Shown: positions 59,420 through 64,000 of the stretch, piece after piece
Position numbering within the stretch: the first letter of the stretch is position 1
Layout of the letters: every line of letters starts with the position of its first letter
Assembly: GCA_963665815.1 (NCBI GenBank)
Contig: OY762463.1
Span: 1,728,001-1,792,000, forward strand
Origin: Candidatus Cloacimonadales bacterium
GTDB taxonomy: Bacteria; Cloacimonadota; Cloacimonadia; Cloacimonadales; JAIOQZ01
Direction of reading: 5' to 3'
Length of the DNA: 64,000 nt
Translations under genes and position numbers: made by a program
Notes under the pieces: generated by a model
Seen by the model: the letters and a program-made list of their open reading frames with translations, nothing else
Told to the model about the DNA's origin: nothing
Database searches by the model: none

Positions 59420-62400
59420 TTAAATCTCTATTTCTCCTACAAACATTATGTCTTTATTCTTCTTGAGTTTCACTTCAATACGTTTGACTTTCTGATCAGA
59501 CTTACCATAATTTGTATAGATCGAAGCATACACAATCACCGAGCCTGTCAGCTCCTGACGGCTTTCCGAATAATACTTGGCTTTAATCCTGTAGGTGCCT
59601 TTCTCAGCCTTTCTGATAGTGTATTCTTCCGGACCATAGCCCTGGGTAAAGTCTTTGCTGAGTTTACCGCCTGATTTAGTGTTCTTGTTTTGATAATAAC
59701 ACTTTTCTCCACTTGGCTCAATAACCCATAAATCAATGTCGTTGTCGTTGCTGCTCCAATCCAGAACAATCCGTACGTCATACTCAAATGGATGGATCAG
59801 GTCTGTATTGATATCCGAGAGATCCAGTTGATCCCTATGCCCGGATATCAAACTGTTCATTTCGTTTATGATGATCGGTTTAGTATCAGAGAATCTCTCC
59901 CATCTATTATTCATAATGTGATTGAATGTATCCAGAGCCATCTGGAGTTTGCCGGCTGCCTGATATGCAAGTGCAAGATCTCTGTATGATTGCGGTTCTT
60001 CCGGTCTCAGCTTCTTTACTTCCTCAAAAAGAATGATAGCCGGATCATACTTGCCGATTTCTACAAGCTTCTTAGCCAGAATACGCATTAAAACAGGATT
60101 CTCCAGATCAATCTCAACCATATTAGTAAATACCCTGTATGCCTCTTCCAGTCTCTGCTTTTCTACCAGTGCTTTGGCAGAATTGAAGTAGAAGTAAGGA
60201 TTATTAAAATCCTCTTTCTTCTGCCTATAATATAGTTCCCAGAACTCTTCAATGTCAGCTTTTCGCATTCTCTTGATGTACTCAGTATTGCTGCTCCAGC
60301 CGGCAACATTAATACCGGATTTATCGCCACCCTTACTTTTCTTACTCCCGCTTCTTCCTCTTTCGACAATATTCATTACGCCTGATTGAGTGTTTCCATA
60401 ACCTTCGGGTGAGTTGAACGTTTCACTTGAACTGCGAACTGCATCATCATCTACAGAAAGTGATGCACCTCCATCAATCATAATGGTTGTTTCGTTAGCT
60501 CTTCCACCTCTTGCATGAGATACTCCACCAACTGTAACAGTTCCGGGACTGTTCTCCATAAACTGGCTTATTGATGAGCTTTCAATTGTCTCAACCATTT
60601 CAAGGTCATCTTCATTTGCTTCTTCTCCGATATCATCAATAACAATTTCCTGAGCCTTAATTCTTCTGATACCCTGTTGTTCAAATGATCGTGCCGGCTC
60701 TGAACTGGTTTCTCTTCGAGATGATCCGGATTTGGAACTAAGCAATTTAGGCTTACGATCTGTTACTGTAATAGCACTGGTTTTTATTGTAGCGAACCCT
60801 AATTCTGCATTCAATTCTATACTTTCATTGTCTTTAATTTTAACATCATTGATTTCCGCTTCCCTATACCCCATTCTTTTAAATTTGATAGTGTAAATCC
60901 CTTCTTCAAGTCCTGTAACATAATATTTACCAACCTCATTTGTCATAGCATTAGCAACCAATGAATTTCCGAGATAAACCAGAATAATAGCACCATGTAG
61001 AGGCTCTCCCTTTCTATTTGACACCACTCCAGATACTCCACTTTTTCCAGTACCACTTATCTTTACTATCTTCGAAGTCAGCTCTTTATTTAGTTCAACG
61101 TCTTGATTGAGTATAGTTTGTTTCCCCATCTCAATTTTTACGTTCTCAATCTTGACGTTTTCAATTTCTCTCGATGAAAATACAAGAGTATAAACTGAAG
61201 GAATAATTCCATCAATCCGGTACTCTCCATTTTTATCTGTCATTGCAGAGTTCACACATTTTCCATGTTTCTTGACAGTTACTCTTACGTACTGCATTGC
61301 TTCACCATATTGGTTGATAATCACACCTGCCACTGAACCCATTTTGTCTTTAGGATAATACCATCTAAATAGTTTCTGAACGAATCTGAAATTCTCCATA
61401 AATGGCACTTTCTTTTTTATTTCTTTTTTGCTGTTACTTATACGGGCAACCTGTCTTTTAAAGCTTTCTGTCTGCAACTCAGGCGGAGGTTCTATGCCGT
61501 GTCTGATGTAGTCCTGAAGCCTGTCCAGTACAAGCAGAGATGTGTTTTGGGTCACAATTGTGTGCTCCCTTGCCAGATTAAGCAGTTTTTCCTTGTTCTC
61601 TTCATAATCCTGTTCAAGATACTGTATTTTCTTTACAGCCCAGATTCTCTGCACCTTTGCTTGAGCGTCTTTATTGATCATAACGTTTTTAGTTATCTTC
61701 TCACCGTTAATCCTGCCAAAACTGATTTCCAGCTCAGCTTCATCCGACCCGAGCAGTCCGACCATCTCAAATGTTTTACCATAGGAGCTCATACTCTTTG
61801 GATAGACCTCGTATACATTGCCGTCAACTTCCTCAAGAGAAAGAAATCTCTGGCTGACAGTGTTTATTCTCTGCAATGCTTCGTCTACAGACAGCTTTCT
61901 AAGGTTAAGATATTCTCCACCGGATTCACCTGATAGCTTCTTCAGGTAGCCATAGTTACTGCCTGTACTGGATGAAATGGTGTATGCCGGTACATCACCC
62001 AGGGTTATATTCTCTTTCCCCAGTGTATTTATTCCGTCTGAGAAAAGCAGAATCTCATCCGCTTTTACAGTAAAATCCAGATTCATCAGGTTTGTTCCAC
62101 CGTCATATTTAAGCTCTTCCAGATAACTCTTTACATGATTCGATATACTCTTACCGGTAAATACTTTCTTATCGTGAATCTCATTGCTGAAAGTAATAAT
62201 CTCTACTTTTGCACCTTCGGGGAGTGTTTTCAGATAAGCTGAAAGGAATGCTGTTTCCTTTTCAATATCTCGTTTATCACCGGAGTTTGAAACATCCCAG
62301 TAAACTGTCAGCATTTGGGGTATACTCTTCGTCTCTGATTTGAATACAGGTGGTTCCATTGTTATATAGAAATAGGTTTCACCTTCGTATTCACTGGTGT

Positions 62401-63100
62401 AAACTTCGTAATCATTGGTAACGTACTTCGGGATATCGAATGCAAGTTCTTTATTGGTCTTGAAGTTTTTCTTTTTGTAATTGATTGTCTTGTAGCCGTC
62501 ATCCTCACCGCATATTACTTTCTTCAGTCCGGCAAGAAAACCTTTCAACTCAGGGGATTTATCTGCAACCTTAATCTTGAGATCGAAGTCTTTTATTTTT
62601 CCTGCGCGTTCCAGAGGAACAGCATACTTATAGCTTGTATCATCTCCATCAAGTGTTTCGCATATGGCAATTACCACTCTTTTGAATCCTTTGGAGGGTA
62701 CAGGATAAATCTTGGTTTTAAAGAAGTTACCTTTGGTTTTGTTTATAATACCGGGATCTATCTTACGTCTGATGACTTTCTCGAAGGTCTGTCTTGCTTT
62801 AATCTTTTCTACGATTACGCCTTCTCTGAGTTTCCCGTTAACATCCAGAGCATAACGGCAAATTTCCTGTCCCTCCGCCATGGGCATGGATAATTCACCG
62901 GTAAGTATACGGTTGTTTGGGTTGTAAAAGTTCATGTCGTAAGTAGTTGTGGCTATGTTCCCGACAACCTCAACATCAATTGTTAATGATGACAGCTCTA
63001 GAGGTTTTTCATCTTTGCTGCTTACAACAGTTAGTGATGGAACCTGAGCAAAACTTGTACATACAATTGCCAATAATAGTAATATCCAGATAGATTTCAT
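59420..63100 (-). CDS. Secreted VIT/vWA-like protein with two carboxypeptidase-regulatory-like domains, TonB plug-like segment, TPR and DUF2135/YfaP C-terminus
   Basis: VEVVGNIATT..FYNPN..GEL, IDPG, WDVSNS, YDGGT, LFSDG, TSLLVL; TDKNGEY and TNEVGKY; RPEEPQSYRDLA; DIDLWVIEPSGE, DFTQGYGPEEY. Confidence 0.85.
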   Translation of the reverse strand: MKSIWILLLLAIVCTSFAQVPSLTVVSSKDEKPLELSSLTIDVEVVGNIATTTYDMNFYNPNNRILTGELSMPMAEGQEICRYALDVNGKLREGVIVEKIKARQTFEKVIRRKIDPGIINKTKGNFFKTKIYPVPSKGFKRVVIAICETLDGDDTSYKYAVPLERAGKIKDFDLKIKVADKSPELKGFLAGLKKVICGEDDGYKTINYKKKNFKTNKELAFDIPKYVTNDYEVYTSEYEGETYFYITMEPPVFKSETKSIPQMLTVYWDVSNSGDKRDIEKETAFLSAYLKTLPEGAKVEIITFSNEIHDKKVFTGKSISNHVKSYLEELKYDGGTNLMNLDFTVKADEILLFSDGINTLGKENITLGDVPAYTISSSTGSNYGYLKKLSGESGGEYLNLRKLSVDEALQRINTVSQRFLSLEEVDGNVYEVYPKSMSSYGKTFEMVGLLGSDEAELEISFGRINGEKITKNVMINKDAQAKVQRIWAVKKIQYLEQDYEENKEKLLNLAREHTIVTQNTSLLVLDRLQDYIRHGIEPPPELQTESFKRQVARISNSKKEIKKKVPFMENFRFVQKLFRWYYPKDKMGSVAGVIINQYGEAMQYVRVTVKKHGKCVNSAMTDKNGEYRIDGIIPSVYTLVFSSREIENVKIENVKIEMGKQTILNQDVELNKELTSKIVKISGTGKSGVSGVVSNRKGEPLHGAIILVYLGNSLVANAMTNEVGKYYVTGLEEGIYTIKFKRMGYREAEINDVKIKDNESIELNAELGFATIKTSAITVTDRKPKLLSSKSGSSRRETSSEPARSFEQQGIRRIKAQEIVIDDIGEEANEDDLEMVETIESSSISQFMENSPGTVTVGGVSHARGGRANETTIMIDGGASLSVDDDAVRSSSETFNSPEGYGNTQSGVMNIVERGRSGSKKSKGGDKSGINVAGWSSNTEYIKRMRKADIEEFWELYYRQKKEDFNNPYFYFNSAKALVEKQRLEEAYRVFTNMVEIDLENPVLMRILAKKLVEIGKYDPAIILFEEVKKLRPEEPQSYRDLALAYQAAGKLQMALDTFNHIMNNRWERFSDTKPIIINEMNSLISGHRDQLDLSDINTDLIHPFEYDVRIVLDWSSNDNDIDLWVIEPSGEKCYYQNKNTKSGGKLSKDFTQGYGPEEYTIRKAEKGTYRIKAKYYSESRQELTGSVIVYASIYTNYGKSDQKVKRIEVKLKKNKDIMFVGEIEI

Positions 63101-63293
63101 TTCTTCCTCCCTTCAGATCTGAATCTGAGAATATTGTCTGATCCTTTTCAAGTCAAGAAAATGCATTGAGTTAGTTCAAAACCTGGGTGTTTATGATTCG
63201 TTTAACCAATCGGGAAGTCTTCCAAAAATATATTATGCATAAACTATTCCAAAGTTGAAAAAAATTCGATTCAATAGTTAGTATAATAAGCAC

Positions 63294-63323
63294 AAAAAAC
63301 AGGATTTAATAAAAATCCTGTTT
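63294..63323 (-). terminator. Terminator of the last gene
   Basis: Minus strand AAACAGGATTT...AAATCCTGTTT followed by TTT. Confidence 0.7.
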
Positions 63324-63349
63324 CAATATTTATTGTTCTTACTTTAAAA

Positions 63350-64000
63350 TTAAAGTCTTATGCCTGCAGTCGACACGCCATCTGTACTTGTATGGAGTGG
63401 TTCCCACAAAACGTCCGCAGAAAATTGCCAAAACAAAGATCCAACTTCAAGATCATTTTTATCAACTATTCTTTCACTTATATAGTCAACGTCTGATGTA
63501 AAGAAACAGTTTCTTGTAAAATCTAAAGAACCATTATTGGGACGAAAATGAGATCCCTGAGCATACAAAAATATGTATTGAGTAATAAAGTCATTCTTAT
63601 GAAAATCTCCATCTGAAGCACCATCTCCATAATGATATCCTTTAAAACAGACAGAATAACTATTTCCATTAAATATATTGTATTCAGCTTCTATATCTGA
63701 ACCGGATCTGATAAAAATTGCTGTGCCTTTTTCAAAGTCACGTTCTTCAAATGGTATCAGAGTTGCGTATACTTCACAATGTCTGACTTCACCAATCACA
63801 TGGTGCAGTTTCATACCTATATACTGAATTTTATCAATGTAATTATTTTCAAAGAGTACTGCTTCGCTATCTTTTATATCAAAACCAACATTCCAGTTAT
63901 AAATAATATTCTTCTCAATTGTCAAATTTTGATTATTTTGAGCATAAATTGCAGTACTTCTTCTTACGTCAATACTTAGAAAAGTACAATTCCTTACGAT
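63350..64000 (-). CDS. Right-handed parallel beta-helix protein, C-terminal part (runs off the window)
   Basis: Frame is open to 64000 (IVRNCTF...); repeats IEKNII, FENNYI, AEYNIF, FHKNDF, FTRNCF. Confidence 0.6.
   Translation of the reverse strand: MVRNCTFLSIDVRRSTAIYAQNNQNLTIEKNIIYNWNVGFDIKDSEAVLFENNYIDKIQYIGMKLHHVIGEVRHCEVYATLIPFEERDFEKGTAIFIRSGSDIEAEYNIFNGNSYSVCFKGYHYGDGASDGDFHKNDFITQYIFLYAQGSHFRPNNGSLDFTRNCFFTSDVDYISERIVDKNDLEVGSLFWQFSADVLWEPLHTSTDGVSTAGIRL

Noticed and set aside
1-64000. Numerous 60-190 aa ORFs antisense to or nested in long genes (e.g. 6276-6695, 38539-39093, 41609-42181, 56406-56909)
   Set aside because: Shadow ORFs of well-supported genes, with no motifs or RBS.

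Overview
AT-rich bacterial chromosomal segment, probably from a diderm FCB-group organism. Candidatus Cloacimonadota is a plausible but unproven guess, based on secreted proteins ending in (Y)PNPFNPET...IFNIKGQ...SGxYF sorting domains. Housekeeping genes include threonine aldolase, rsmA, mrp/apbC, ispG, an Omp85-family protein, dapD, glnS, asnS, sppA, a TetR-TolC-MFP-RND efflux operon, a pyruvate carboxylase B-like gene and phnDCE. The main accessory blocks are: (1) two convergent TldD/PmbA protease pairs with a SagB/ThcOx-type oxidase; (2) a tandem pair of secreted beta-helix proteins whose last ~640 bp are identical; (3) an operon with an SPFH/SHOCT protein followed by six tandem paralogous double zf-TFIIB zinc-ribbon proteins, most ending in variable hydrophobic tails, then a GNAT, a TPR-like lipoprotein and a membrane-anchored DUF4041/GIY-YIG (PD-Lambda-1/SNIPE-like) cassette. 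Block 3 is the best candidate for an undescribed system. Reading the non-coding DNA revealed two dispersed intergenic repeat families, one with three compensatory base-pair changes, plus a gene split at a T8 tract and a biotin-carrier domain lacking its lysine. No rRNA, tRNA, CRISPR array or transposase was recognised. All family assignments come from motif recognition by eye, not database searches.
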